A stretch of DNA of 49,603 bases from NCBI GenBank assembly GCA_020184695.1, contig JAANOX010000031.1:1-49603 (forward strand). The letters are read 5' to 3'. Within the stretch, counting starts at the first letter, position 1. Each line of letters opens with the position of its first letter. The notes under the pieces are model-generated. The model saw nothing but the letters and a program-made list of their open reading frames with translations. It was not told where the DNA came from and did no database searches. This DNA comes from Histomonas meleagridis 2922-C6/04-290x. Taxonomy: Eukaryota > Protista > Parabasalia. A program made the translations under genes and the position numbers. This document shows, in pieces, positions 32,563-42,782 of the stretch.

Positions 32563-33156
32563 ATGAACGTACACACTGAATACAGAGATTCTTATTGTTG
32601 GCAGTATGGACCACAAGTTAAAAACAAAGATCACTTTGAAGAAATTATAAATGAGAAAAAGGATGGAACATATTCAAATACTCGCCCAATTAGAAAATTC
32701 AAATTTGAAATCGAAGCAGAAAAGTTGGAAAAAGAAAAAAGAGAAAGAGAAAAAATTGCATCCTTGGCCAAGTCTTCTCGGAAAAGCACCTTATCAAATA
32801 ATTCAAATAAATGCCCACAAACTAGAGTTAGAAATCAAAAAACTCAAAAAGTTCAGAACACAAAGAGAAAACAAAATAGTATATACAGATCAAAATCATC
32901 ATCTTACAATATTCAATATGCTAATCCAAATGTAGTTATGAAAGCTAAACTTAGACCTTATATTCTTGCGGAGTACTCACGTCCCAGACCAGTCCCTGCT
33001 GTTCATGTTCACAAACCTGCATTCTTTTCAAGTCCAAATGAAATGTCACCAGAAGAAAAGCTTCAAATGGACGGTCCATTTTGGATCCACTGGCCATATG
33101 ATGAACCTCTTCCAAAAGAGTATGCAGCGTTACAAAAGTATATACAATCTGGGTAA
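32563..33156 (+). CDS. Hypothetical basic protein, 197 aa
   Basis: Clean ATG-TAA ORF with an upstream M3-like ACCGTTA (32520-32526). No confident family. Confidence 0.7.
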   Translation: MNVHTEYRDSYCWQYGPQVKNKDHFEEIINEKKDGTYSNTRPIRKFKFEIEAEKLEKEKREREKIASLAKSSRKSTLSNNSNKCPQTRVRNQKTQKVQNTKRKQNSIYRSKSSSYNIQYANPNVVMKAKLRPYILAEYSRPRPVPAVHVHKPAFFSSPNEMSPEEKLQMDGPFWIHWPYDEPLPKEYAALQKYIQSG

Positions 33157-33236
33157 TTATTATTTATTTCAAATTTAAATAAAAAATTAACATAAACACA
33201 ATCCCATATGATGTTTTAATAAAAACAAATTATTTA

Positions 33237-33749
33237 TTAAGATTGTTCATTTTGATGGAAATCATTAATTGACAATTCTTGATTTGATGGATAGTCATTT
33301 GAAATCGAAGTAAAAACATTTGGTGATGCATAAGAAATAAATTGCATCAGAGCTTGAGCCCCAAGCCACTGTAGGTATCCTGTTGGATCAGATTCCATAG
33401 CTTTTCCTTCAAATCCCAAAAAGGCCGGTAAATTAATTTCTGTTGCTCTCTTTTCCCTTGAAAGCTTTTTTAGTGTTGGTTTTAAATAATGATATTCTGG
33501 ATATTCTTCTTTAAATTTCATCTGTTCCATTTGTGCTTTTTCCACATAAGGTCTTTTTTCATCGTCTTTCATCTTTTTCCAAATATCTCCCAACATTTGT
33601 GTTATTTCTTTGTTTGAAAGATTTGGATTTTGCTCATGTAAATCTTTCCTTTTATGATAGCAAAAATTTAAAAAAGAGTTTAAAGGACGTCTTGGTTTTG
33701 GTTGTGTATCGACTGTGCTTTGAAGATTTGCAAGAATATCTTCTGACAT
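33237..33749 (-). CDS. HMG-box DNA-binding protein
   Basis: PRRPLNSFLNFCYHKRKDLHEQNPNLSNKEITQMLGDIWKKMKDDEKRPY..FKEEYPEYHY. Confidence 0.9.
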   Translation of the reverse strand: MSEDILANLQSTVDTQPKPRRPLNSFLNFCYHKRKDLHEQNPNLSNKEITQMLGDIWKKMKDDEKRPYVEKAQMEQMKFKEEYPEYHYLKPTLKKLSREKRATEINLPAFLGFEGKAMESDPTGYLQWLGAQALMQFISYASPNVFTSISNDYPSNQELSINDFHQNEQS

Positions 33750-33829
33750 TTTTAAGTTGTTTTTGTTATGTGGACGTTAAGATGTTGCACGTTAATTTTT
33801 TAATGAAGAAAAACATCAGTTACATTGAT

Positions 33830-34426
33830 TTATTTATTAAAATATGTTGAAAGTTTTATGTATGAATCAATTTGGTCAATGAAAAAAAGTACTTTCAGGT
33901 AGTAATTGTAGTTTTGAATTGAATCATAAACAGTAGATATGTATTGTTCAATATCTTTGAACTTTTCATCTTGAAGATATTTTGTTACAAAAACACTGAC
34001 ACGCCCTAAGCTGAAAGCTATGGTTGTTTGTATTGGAATATTTCTTTCAATATTATGATTAAAAAACTCCAAATCTTGTACAAAAGAAGAAAATTCATCA
34101 ATATCACGCTGCTGATAGTACATAGATGCACGCATAAAATTGAGTCTTTTTTTAAAATATTCGTAGCTTTTTGTGAAATCAAAGAAATTTAATGGTTTTC
34201 TGAATTCATCTGCAATTTGACTCCATTTCTCTTGTAAATCTGAGCTACAGTTGGGGAATTTTTTTACTTCCTCAATTAAACTTTCTAATTTTTGAATTTG
34301 GAAATAATTCATTTGATTAAGGGAACCAAATCCTCGAGTTTTCGCATCATCTGTAAGCGCAAGGAGAGAATCATATGCATGAGTTATTTTTATTTTAAAT
34401 TCTTCTAAACATTTATTTTTTTCCAT
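33830..34426 (-). CDS. Hypothetical protein (~198 aa)
   Basis: Long clean ORF. The tool start at 34456 is TTG; the first ATG is 34426. Confidence 0.65.
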   Translation of the reverse strand: MEKNKCLEEFKIKITHAYDSLLALTDDAKTRGFGSLNQMNYFQIQKLESLIEEVKKFPNCSSDLQEKWSQIADEFRKPLNFFDFTKSYEYFKKRLNFMRASMYYQQRDIDEFSSFVQDLEFFNHNIERNIPIQTTIAFSLGRVSVFVTKYLQDEKFKDIEQYISTVYDSIQNYNYYLKVLFFIDQIDSYIKLSTYFNK

Positions 34427-34699
34427 TTGTTGCTTTTGACAAACGGTTATATCCAATGACCGTTTATTCCATTTTCTAAATTGTGATTGACATAATTAAA
34501 TCGATTTAATAAAGCTTTATTCTTTTAAATTTAGTATAAACACATTATAATTTAAATTAAATTTATGAATTATGAAAAACATTTTTTGATGATGAAGATT
34601 GAGGATTTAAAATTATTTTTTTTATCACATTGAAATTCATATTTTACTAAAAAAAAAGTTCAATTCTATAAAAACAGTTTTTACTAACGCCAAAAAATT

Positions 34700-37231
34700 T
34701 CATTCACCTGACAACACTCTTAAGTGCAAAGCTGCTCTTTGAAGGTCAAAATTATCAGATTCAGTTAATCCTACAAAATTTCTAATTATTTCATTTGCGA
34801 TTCTTCTTGGGTTTTGAGATTGAATAACATATTCATTAATTATTTCCATGAAAACGACACCATTTTCTTTTTTATTAACATTTACCAAGTCAACAAGCTT
34901 ATTCATAAGTTCATTATCCAAAGTTTTCAAAGCGAAATAATTACTATTTTGAATTATAACTTTTATATCTTTAAAGAAATTAATTTTTACGAATGAATTA
35001 AAAGCCATTTCGATTCTATTTAATAATATATTATAAATCAATTTGATAACATTCGTATTCATTAATTCTTGATTTATATATAAAGGATTAAAATTCATCC
35101 AAATCGATAATGTGTGTATAGCTTTATCTTGCCATTCATTTAATAATAACAACGATTTTAATGATGAGAACAAACCCGACTTTTGTGCTCTATATGCAGT
35201 AAATTTAGAAATTGTTGGAAGCAAACATAAAAGTTCATAAATAAACGAAAGTGAAATATTTTTTGAAATCGAATTTATGATTAATGTACAAAGTCCTGAA
35301 TCAACTGCTTTTTCAAAAAGAATTGGTTTATATCGAATCATTTTTGTTAAACATTTTATTGATGTTGTACTTAATTTAATATCATCTGAAAAGCCAAATG
35401 TGATAATGGGTTCAATTAATGATATTCCATTAATTTTATCTTTACAAAGGAAATCAGAAAAAAGAATATCGAAAATTGTTAATATTTCTGTGATATAATT
35501 TGATTTTAAGTTTTTTATTGTTACCGAATTTTTTATTAAATATATTAATGGTTGAATATGTTCAGTATATTTAAGTTTAATAATACTATTAAGTGGTAAA
35601 ACTTTGATATTCAATAATAAAGAATCTGTAATAAATGTTTTTGATTTCTCAAAAAAGAATGAAGATAAATGTGGTATATTTAAATTATCTGAAAGAAAAT
35701 CAGAATTTAAACTTCTAAATGTGGAATTTAATATTTTTTGATATTCATCAAATTTAATTATCGATTTAAATGTTATATTTATTATAGAAGTAATTAATTC
35801 TTCATCAAATGTTTTGATAATTAAACATTTTGGAAGAGTTGAATCTATTAATAAATTAAGAAAAGTTGGAATAAAAATAGTTAAAATTGGAATTTTAGAA
35901 AATTGTTTCATATATTTTAATAATCCATTTGCAGCAAATAATTTAAAACCTTTCGAAGATTTAATAATAATTAATAAAGCAACTAATTTAAATAAAATGT
36001 TTTCTTCATTAAAAAACTTTTCTAATAAACAATGCTCAATTAAAGAAGTCGCAATTTTTTCAGATTGTTCAATTAACAATTGTATTAAATTTAATGTTGG
36101 AATATAAAATTCTTCTTTTTCAAGTCGTTCAATTAGCATTCTAACACCACATAAATTGATAATTAATTCCGGAATATGTTTTTTAGTTTTCAATAATTTA
36201 ATTGTTGTTGATAAAGCTTGTAAATAATCCTTTTCATTATTCAATAGTAATATTGTTTCTTCAGGTGATAATTGTAATTGTGTTGTTGTAATAGTTTTAC
36301 ATATTGACTCAAGTCTTAATGAAAGTTTCTTAAAATCTTGCGATTGCTTTTTGTTTTTGTTGGTAAAAGATCCTTCGATTTGTTCAACATATTGAAGAGA
36401 TTGTTGAATCCATGGATGTTTTAATAATGTTATTGCTTCAGGTCGTAACTTTGGATCTTTTTGAAAACATTGCGAAAGAAAATCATAACATAGCTCAGAA
36501 ATATCATGTGGAATAGGCATTGGCCTTGGCCCTGCAATTTGAAACATCGCTGGTACTGGCGCCATTTCAAAAAATGGCGGATAACCTTTTAAAAGTTCAT
36601 ATGTTGTTGCACCGACTGACCATATATCACTTTTCTGATTGACGGGATCATTATTAATTACTTCCGGTGCCATCCAATATGGTGATCCTGCACATTCTCT
36701 TAATGTATGTCCATAATCATTAAGATCTAATGCTAATCCAAAATCGGCTAGTTTTGCAATTCCACCTTGGAAAAGTACATTGGCTGCTTTTATGTCACGA
36801 TGAATGACATTTTGTTTATGCAAATATACAAGTCCTTTAAGAATTTGAGAAACATAAATTGCTGCAACTTGTTCATTAAGTGTTCCATATTTGTGAATAA
36901 TGTCAAGAAGCGAACCGCCTTCTGCATACTCCATAACAATTTGTAATGATCCTTTTGAATCGAGAAAAGAATCCAAATATGGAACAATAGCAGAATGATG
37001 AAGTCGTTTTAAAAGATCTAATTCATCCTTGAATGAATCAATAGAGTCTTTATTTGTTAAGCATTTAATTGCTACTATTTTACTTGTTTCTTGATCAAAT
37101 GCTGAATAAACTAATCCGAATGCACCTTGCCCTAGTTTAGATTGTTTAATATATCGTTGTGAAAGATCAATTCCTTTCTTTTTAGGGACACGTTTTCGTA
37201 TTGTTCCCCTTGTTATTTGCCTTTTTTTCAT
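34700..37231 (-). CDS. STE-group Ser/Thr kinase, Cdc15/Cdc7(SIN)/MAP3K-epsilon-like, with a long helical C-terminus
   Basis: GQGAFG, VAIK, HRDIKAAN, KLADFG, GSPYWMAPE, SDIWSVG; post-domain-IX PPFFEMAPVPAMFQI resembles Cdc7/Cdc15-type kinases. Confidence 0.85.
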   Translation of the reverse strand: MKKRQITRGTIRKRVPKKKGIDLSQRYIKQSKLGQGAFGLVYSAFDQETSKIVAIKCLTNKDSIDSFKDELDLLKRLHHSAIVPYLDSFLDSKGSLQIVMEYAEGGSLLDIIHKYGTLNEQVAAIYVSQILKGLVYLHKQNVIHRDIKAANVLFQGGIAKLADFGLALDLNDYGHTLRECAGSPYWMAPEVINNDPVNQKSDIWSVGATTYELLKGYPPFFEMAPVPAMFQIAGPRPMPIPHDISELCYDFLSQCFQKDPKLRPEAITLLKHPWIQQSLQYVEQIEGSFTNKNKKQSQDFKKLSLRLESICKTITTTQLQLSPEETILLLNNEKDYLQALSTTIKLLKTKKHIPELIINLCGVRMLIERLEKEEFYIPTLNLIQLLIEQSEKIATSLIEHCLLEKFFNEENILFKLVALLIIIKSSKGFKLFAANGLLKYMKQFSKIPILTIFIPTFLNLLIDSTLPKCLIIKTFDEELITSIINITFKSIIKFDEYQKILNSTFRSLNSDFLSDNLNIPHLSSFFFEKSKTFITDSLLLNIKVLPLNSIIKLKYTEHIQPLIYLIKNSVTIKNLKSNYITEILTIFDILFSDFLCKDKINGISLIEPIITFGFSDDIKLSTTSIKCLTKMIRYKPILFEKAVDSGLCTLIINSISKNISLSFIYELLCLLPTISKFTAYRAQKSGLFSSLKSLLLLNEWQDKAIHTLSIWMNFNPLYINQELMNTNVIKLIYNILLNRIEMAFNSFVKINFFKDIKVIIQNSNYFALKTLDNELMNKLVDLVNVNKKENGVVFMEIINEYVIQSQNPRRIANEIIRNFVGLTESDNFDLQRAALHLRVLSGE

Positions 37232-37311
37232 TTTTTTTGGATTATCTAAACGTACAAAATTTAAATTTTGATTAAACGGTTTTGGGGCACCCCATAAATT
37301 TCAACCTTTTA
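37232..37311. promoter_or_regulatory. 80-nt bidirectional promoter between the kinase and MFAP1, with M3-like ACGGTTT (37276) and GGGGCACCCC (37284)
   Basis: Head-to-head ATGs at 37231 and 37312; both motifs are seen directly. Confidence 0.5.
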
Positions 37312-38055
37312 ATGAATGATTACTACTCCGATTACTCGGAGTCAGAACCTTTAAATTTTGCTATTTCTTTTGTCGACAAAGACCAGCGAAAAACAATTGC
37401 GGTTGAAGAAACAGAATCCGAATCAGATGAATCTGAGAACAAAAAACGCCAAAAAGAATCACGAAAACTTGCAAAAGAAATTGCTAAAGAAGAAAGTGCA
37501 TCTGACATAGATGACATAGATCCTTTTACAGATCCACCAGCTCCTGAAACCAATGATTTTGAGTTAAATCAAGAAGAAGAATACAAACTTTGGGTAGAAC
37601 GTGAAATAGGTCGTCTCAAAGATGAGCTTCGTCTAGTAGCACAAGTAGCTTATGATGCAGCTAAAACAAAACAACAACAATCTATGAGCGATCTTGAACT
37701 TGCCAAACTTAAGAAGCAACATAAGAAGAAACGTGGTCACATGAAGCTTATGCAGAAATACTACCACGTTGGTGCCTTCACTAAGAACACAACGTCCGAG
37801 CGCGCGCAAGAACTTCTTCAGCGTGATTTCACAACCGCTGTCGGTGACGATCTTATGGATAAAACAGCTCTACCCAAGGAAATGTACGTCAGAGGTGACG
37901 ACTATGGTAAGAAAGGACGTACGAAGTGGACGCATCTTACAAATGAAGATACAACTACAAGAGAAAGTAGGCACGAGCAGGCTTTGCTTAGAGATCTTGA
38001 TAGGCCTCAAAATAATGACGTGTACGCGCCAAGAAAGAGAGAAGGAAGAAAATAA
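37312..38055 (+). CDS. MFAP1: MFAP1 / Spp381-like spliceosomal B-complex protein
   Basis: EEEYKLWVEREIGRLK; KLMQKYYHVGAF; DKTALPKEM; GKKGRTKWTHLTNEDTT. First ATG is 37312. Confidence 0.9.
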   Translation: MNDYYSDYSESEPLNFAISFVDKDQRKTIAVEETESESDESENKKRQKESRKLAKEIAKEESASDIDDIDPFTDPPAPETNDFELNQEEEYKLWVEREIGRLKDELRLVAQVAYDAAKTKQQQSMSDLELAKLKKQHKKKRGHMKLMQKYYHVGAFTKNTTSERAQELLQRDFTTAVGDDLMDKTALPKEMYVRGDDYGKKGRTKWTHLTNEDTTTRESRHEQALLRDLDRPQNNDVYAPRKREGRK

Positions 38056-38663
38056 ATGTGTGAAAATATACTTTTTCTGTTTGTTATTTGTTTTTTCCCG
38101 AAATTAATTGAAGAAAAAGTATTACGCTTTTTGGAATGCCCGTGATGTTAGCTATATAATATAAAGAACTGATGCAAACGGTTCTTAAGCAAGGACATAT
38201 AAAATTTTTTCATTTATTTTTTTAATGTCGTCTAATTTTACGGAATCATATAACTGGTTAGTAAAAATGACATTTAAGTTCGACCCATAAATATAATTTT
38301 TTTTAACGAATAAAAGAATTCATAATAATATTTATTTAAATTATTTTAAGTATAACTTATGAAGTTTATTTAATTATGTTTATACATTGAGATGCTACAC
38401 TTGGAGTTGGGCACCCTATACATATATTAGAACTCTCTAAATTAAACTGAAGAAAAACTTAAAAAAGATTATTTTTTAGATCAATTGCTAATACTATCAT
38501 ACTACATTACAAGCAATCATTCCAATATATCGTTTTCTTATTTTAAATAAAATAAATAAACAGAGTGTTAAAAATATGTAAATTAAATGTTCTTCTTCTT
38601 AAATATTTTAATTTTATATTTTATTGATTATCAATTAAAAAATAATCCAATCAATAACTTGAG

Positions 38664-39650
38664 TTAATAGAATACGCTTCTTGTTTTGTGAATTGGGATG
38701 TGATTCATTTTCTCTGAATTAGCTTTGGCGTAATCCCAAAGGATGAAGTCGATCAAAACTGACGGGTGAATTTCCTTCATAAACTTTTTCAGCTTCTCAA
38801 CGGAATGGATCGAACAGCCGCGAATTTCGCACTCCATCTCGCAGCCAGGCTGTAAGTGCGGATCTTCTCGTAATTTTGTCATCAATTCATCGCTATAAAT
38901 AATTAATCCGAAATAGTTCAATGCTTGTGGAACTCGATAATCAGCAAACATAGTAAGCTTATCTATGTCGTTGAAGTGACAAACAGGATCATTGTCAGCC
39001 AAAAAAGCAAAATGTAAATCTGCTGCTAAAATTTGAGCTCGCTTCAAGAAAAAGACTTCCCTTCCTTTATAGGTGTATTTATCACAATAGCTTTTGAGGT
39101 TCGTGCTGACTAAGTTAACAAGATTTACAGCAGAATTTTTTGTGGATTTTATCATTTCATATGTGCAACCATTAAAGTTTTTCATAATATAGCTTCCTGC
39201 TTCATGAAGAACTTCTATTCTGTAGTCCAAAAGTGGAATTTCTGTGGTTGTTTCTGAACTGAAAATATCTTTGATATCAGCAGAAGTGCAATTTTGCCAG
39301 AATTCTGGACTAAGAATTGGCTTACCTTGATCAACGGCACGTCTTATTGCTGCAACAAGAGACATATATCCTGTATATAATTTATCATTATATTTAACTG
39401 TAAAAAGTGGCTGATCTTTTTCTGCCCAGAAAGCAAAATTGAGCGTATCAGTAAGAAAAATCCAGGAAGCTTTTTGCTTTGGATCAAAATATCCAGGATG
39501 AAGATTACTTTCGGCCCAATTTTCTGGTTTGTAAGCGTTAACAAGAGGTTCAAGGACTTCTGCCGCCTTCCTAAAGTTTTCTTCTGGTCCAAGCTTTATG
39601 TTATTTGCGTTATTGCAGATGAATTCCGCTGACTCTGCAACTTTAGTCAT
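38664..39650 (-). CDS. QNG1: Queuosine salvage glycosylase (C9orf64/DUF2419 family)
   Basis: FLTDTLNFAFW; YTGYMSLVAAIRRA; FFLKRAQILAAD; LTMFADYRVPQ; ECEIRGCSI; IDFILWD. Confidence 0.9.
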   Translation of the reverse strand: MTKVAESAEFICNNANNIKLGPEENFRKAAEVLEPLVNAYKPENWAESNLHPGYFDPKQKASWIFLTDTLNFAFWAEKDQPLFTVKYNDKLYTGYMSLVAAIRRAVDQGKPILSPEFWQNCTSADIKDIFSSETTTEIPLLDYRIEVLHEAGSYIMKNFNGCTYEMIKSTKNSAVNLVNLVSTNLKSYCDKYTYKGREVFFLKRAQILAADLHFAFLADNDPVCHFNDIDKLTMFADYRVPQALNYFGLIIYSDELMTKLREDPHLQPGCEMECEIRGCSIHSVEKLKKFMKEIHPSVLIDFILWDYAKANSEKMNHIPIHKTRSVFY

Positions 39651-40160
39651 GTTTCGAGTGATTCAAACAGAGATTGTCAATTTAATAAGTCTAATTTTCC
39701 TGCTTTTTACATACTGTAATTAAATATAATCCTTCATAATAAAGAAATACATTGTTTTAAAGTATCATATAAAAACTTTTTCTGCTGTTTTTATTTTCAT
39801 TTTGGAAATCAAATAATAATTACATAAAAATGAAAAGCTTTAATAACAAGGGAAAGCAAATCTTCTTCAAAGGTTAATTTAAGTGCTTTTTTTAATTGAT
39901 ATATGATGTGTAATATAAGGATACATAATTTCATGATTTATAGTTTCTGTGGAAAAAGACATTAAACATTTTTTACACTATTCACCTAAAGTATTTTATG
40001 ACACAATAAATTTGATTTCTGTTTTCAAGATTAAAATAGTGAATAAAATTTTAGCTGATTCCCCTTTATAACATAACGCAAACATTTTTTGTGGAGAAAG
40101 TCTTAATTTTTATCTCCTTACTTTATATTTCAAAAATTATAAATATCCCACGAACGATAT

Positions 40161-40748
40161 TTATTGATTTTGATCATCTGGGTCAAATATAGAGTTAAAA
40201 CAATTGTCAGGAAGCTGTTGTTGCGATTGAAATTGGTAGTTTGGTGTTGTCATTCTCTGTAATGCTGAATTGGCTGCGGACATATCTCCTTTACCATTTA
40301 TCGAATAAAAAGAAAGGTACCCAATCAAAATGTTGTTGAGAACATTTTGAGGAAGATTTGCGAGATGTTCTGGTAATGTTGTTTTGGATTTCTGTAAAAG
40401 AAGTTCTTGCTCTTGCCTCTTTTTTCTAGCTTTCTCGTACTTGTATTCTGGATGTTTTGCTTTGAATTCTTTCTGCATTTCTTTAGCTTTTTCTTTGTAT
40501 GGTCTTTTTATTGATTCATCTAAATTTTTCCATTCCTCTCCCAGCATTTTTGATATTTCAATATTTGGTTTTTCTGGATATTTCTCTCTGAATGAACTTC
40601 GTTTTTCTAAACAATATAATATATATGCATTTGGAGGTCTTCTGTTTTTGGTTTCTTTGGAATCATCAATACTTACACTTTCCATAATTTCTGGTGAGGT
40701 CACCCCAGTGTTAAGATTTATAACTGAGAACGAGTCTATATCGTCCAT
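40161..40748 (-). CDS. HMG-box DNA-binding protein
   Basis: RRPPNAYILYCLEKRSSFREKYPEKPNIEISKMLGEEWKNLDESIKRPY..FKAKHPEYKY. Confidence 0.9.
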   Translation of the reverse strand: MDDIDSFSVINLNTGVTSPEIMESVSIDDSKETKNRRPPNAYILYCLEKRSSFREKYPEKPNIEISKMLGEEWKNLDESIKRPYKEKAKEMQKEFKAKHPEYKYEKARKKRQEQELLLQKSKTTLPEHLANLPQNVLNNILIGYLSFYSINGKGDMSAANSALQRMTTPNYQFQSQQQLPDNCFNSIFDPDDQNQ

Positions 40749-40967
40749 TATTTTTTGGCGCGGTTTTTTGACGGTTTTGTTTCAATAAAAATTTCAGTTA
40801 TTTCACATCACTGTTGTATTAGTAGCTTTTATTAGGCGAAAAACATGTATCATCGATAAAAAAATCTTAAAACATTGTTAAGTTTTTCATTGTGATTAGT
40901 TTCTTAAGAGTTTTTACAATTGTAAAAAATATCAAATTAATGATTTTTATTTATTTTAAAATAAGAT

Positions 40968-41678
40968 TTATTCTAAAGGAAGTTTTGGAGGAGCCTTAAT
41001 ACCAAACGAGTGTGCAACATCAAGTAAGGGAAGTTGCCGAGCACAGAAAATATCTTTGTTTTCATGATTTACATATGTCCTTATCAACTCGCGGTATGCT
41101 TTCTCAGAGCTTTCATAGAGTGGAAAGCTCTTCTTAAGCAACTTTTCCAATTCATCGTATATATTTGGAATTTTCTTTTCATTAAAAGGCAATTCCTTAG
41201 ACTCTATTTTGGCATCTCTTTCGAAATCTGTGACGTATTTTTCTTGGGATTTATCCAAGAAAAGGACGAATTTGTCTGGTTTCAAATGGTTAATTATTTT
41301 TATCTCATCAATAGTTTTGCTTGGAATGTCATACTGTAGGAAGTACTTAGGTTTTATAAAATCGTATGACGGTAATAATTGCTGTGAAACAAAAATTAGT
41401 TTTAATTCTCCTTCATTAAAACGCTGAAGTTCTTTTCTAATCAGTTCAGGCATTAATTCAGGTGGCTCTTCAGGAGCTGCTTTAGTAGGCATTTTTCCAC
41501 TGATGCTTCCGGCTCTGATATCCAAGTTATTAAAGAAAATTGAAAGAAATTTTGTTGTTGAAGTACCATTGCAACCAACAATAATAGTATCTGAAATATG
41601 TGTCCTTATGAAACCAACTAAAGTCATCAAACGATGTTTATGGGGTATAAAGCTATGGAAATACAAGGTTTCGCTCAT
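40968..41678 (-). CDS. Has1/DDX18-like protein consisting only of a degenerate helicase-C domain plus C-terminal extension
   Basis: KHRLMTLVGFIR..IIVGC..TKFL; C-terminus KKSFPLYESSEKAYRELIRTYVNH..DVAHSFGIKAPPKL resembles Has1 (..AYxSYLxAYxSH..VAKSFGFxxPP). No Walker A or DEAD motif. Confidence 0.65.
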   Translation of the reverse strand: MSETLYFHSFIPHKHRLMTLVGFIRTHISDTIIVGCNGTSTTKFLSIFFNNLDIRAGSISGKMPTKAAPEEPPELMPELIRKELQRFNEGELKLIFVSQQLLPSYDFIKPKYFLQYDIPSKTIDEIKIINHLKPDKFVLFLDKSQEKYVTDFERDAKIESKELPFNEKKIPNIYDELEKLLKKSFPLYESSEKAYRELIRTYVNHENKDIFCARQLPLLDVAHSFGIKAPPKLPLE

Positions 41679-42090
41679 TTTGTGGTCGTGGCCACCTCAA
41701 AAAATACGTTTATATCACGAAAAACTGACAATGTAAACAAAAGCTACTTCTTCACTGGGAATCTGAGCTCAGATTCCACTAATTTCGCCAGCAAACCATG
41801 TTCCTGAGCAAGGGGATAAAAGTATTCAAAATGTAATTAATTTTTTTTTTGAGAAAAATTTCAATATAAAAGATTCATTTTAAAACGCAAACAATTCCAA
41901 ACCATTTTTTGTTAATTTAAAAGAATGCCTTGCAAGACAGATCGATATTTTTAAACGAAGGAATTTTCCAAAAAATGAACAACTTATGGAGGATTGGAAC
42001 GAGTGAGGCACTTTTTATTTGATTATTTATGAGGTTATGATTTTCACTAACTTTGTTAGATTGAAAAAGAAAGGCTAGGCTAAAACAGAA

Positions 42091-42657
42091 ATGAAAGTTG
42101 TTGTGACTGGAGATACACAAGTAGGAAAAACGTCAATCATAGACCGGTTTACAAACCATAGGTTTAGGGAGACGACATCTCCAACAATTGGAGCAGCTTT
42201 TCAAACCCATAAAATGACAACATCAAAAGGAGTTGCAACTCTTCAAATCTGGGATACCGCAGGACAGGAAAAGTACAGAGCTCTTGCTCCAATGTATTTT
42301 AGATCAGCAGGTGTGGCTATTGTTTGTTTTGATGTTACAAATATCGATAGTTTTACATCCCTTGACATTTGGTTGAATGAATTAGAAAGCAAGGCTCCAC
42401 CAGGGATTCCAATTATTGTTGCAGGAAATAAAATAGATTTAGAAGATAGAAGAGTTATTGATCCTAGCAATGCCGAAAAATATGTAAAAGAGCGTAACGT
42501 TTCAGAATACATTGAAGTGTCTGCGAAAACTGGCGAAGGAGTTGATAAATTGTTTGAAATAATTGCAGATATATTCTTAAAACAACCAGAAAATAACAAA
42601 AAAGATGTCGCTGCACCTTTACCAATTGAAAGGAAAGAAGAAAATAAATGTTGCTAA
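42091..42657 (+). CDS. Rab GTPase, Rab5/21-related
   Basis: GDTQVGKTS; PTIGAAF; WDTAGQEKYRALAPMYFR; GNKID; EVSAKTG; C-terminal CC. Confidence 0.95.
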   Translation: MKVVVTGDTQVGKTSIIDRFTNHRFRETTSPTIGAAFQTHKMTTSKGVATLQIWDTAGQEKYRALAPMYFRSAGVAIVCFDVTNIDSFTSLDIWLNELESKAPPGIPIIVAGNKIDLEDRRVIDPSNAEKYVKERNVSEYIEVSAKTGEGVDKLFEIIADIFLKQPENNKKDVAAPLPIERKEENKCC

Positions 42658-42782
42658 AAGAACCAGCTTTGAGTTCTGGGCCAGAGTGTTTTGAAATTCA
42701 ATTTTTTGTGTTAAACGATTAGATGCGTTCAATTTATTTTTTGTTAACTTTACTCTGTCATCCGTTTTGAAGGCTTCGAAAA

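Noticed and set aside
32563-32620. Resemblance of TEYRDSYCWQYGP to microtubule-binding CCSAP/MIP motifs
   Set aside because: Too short to support a family call by eye; it needs a profile search.
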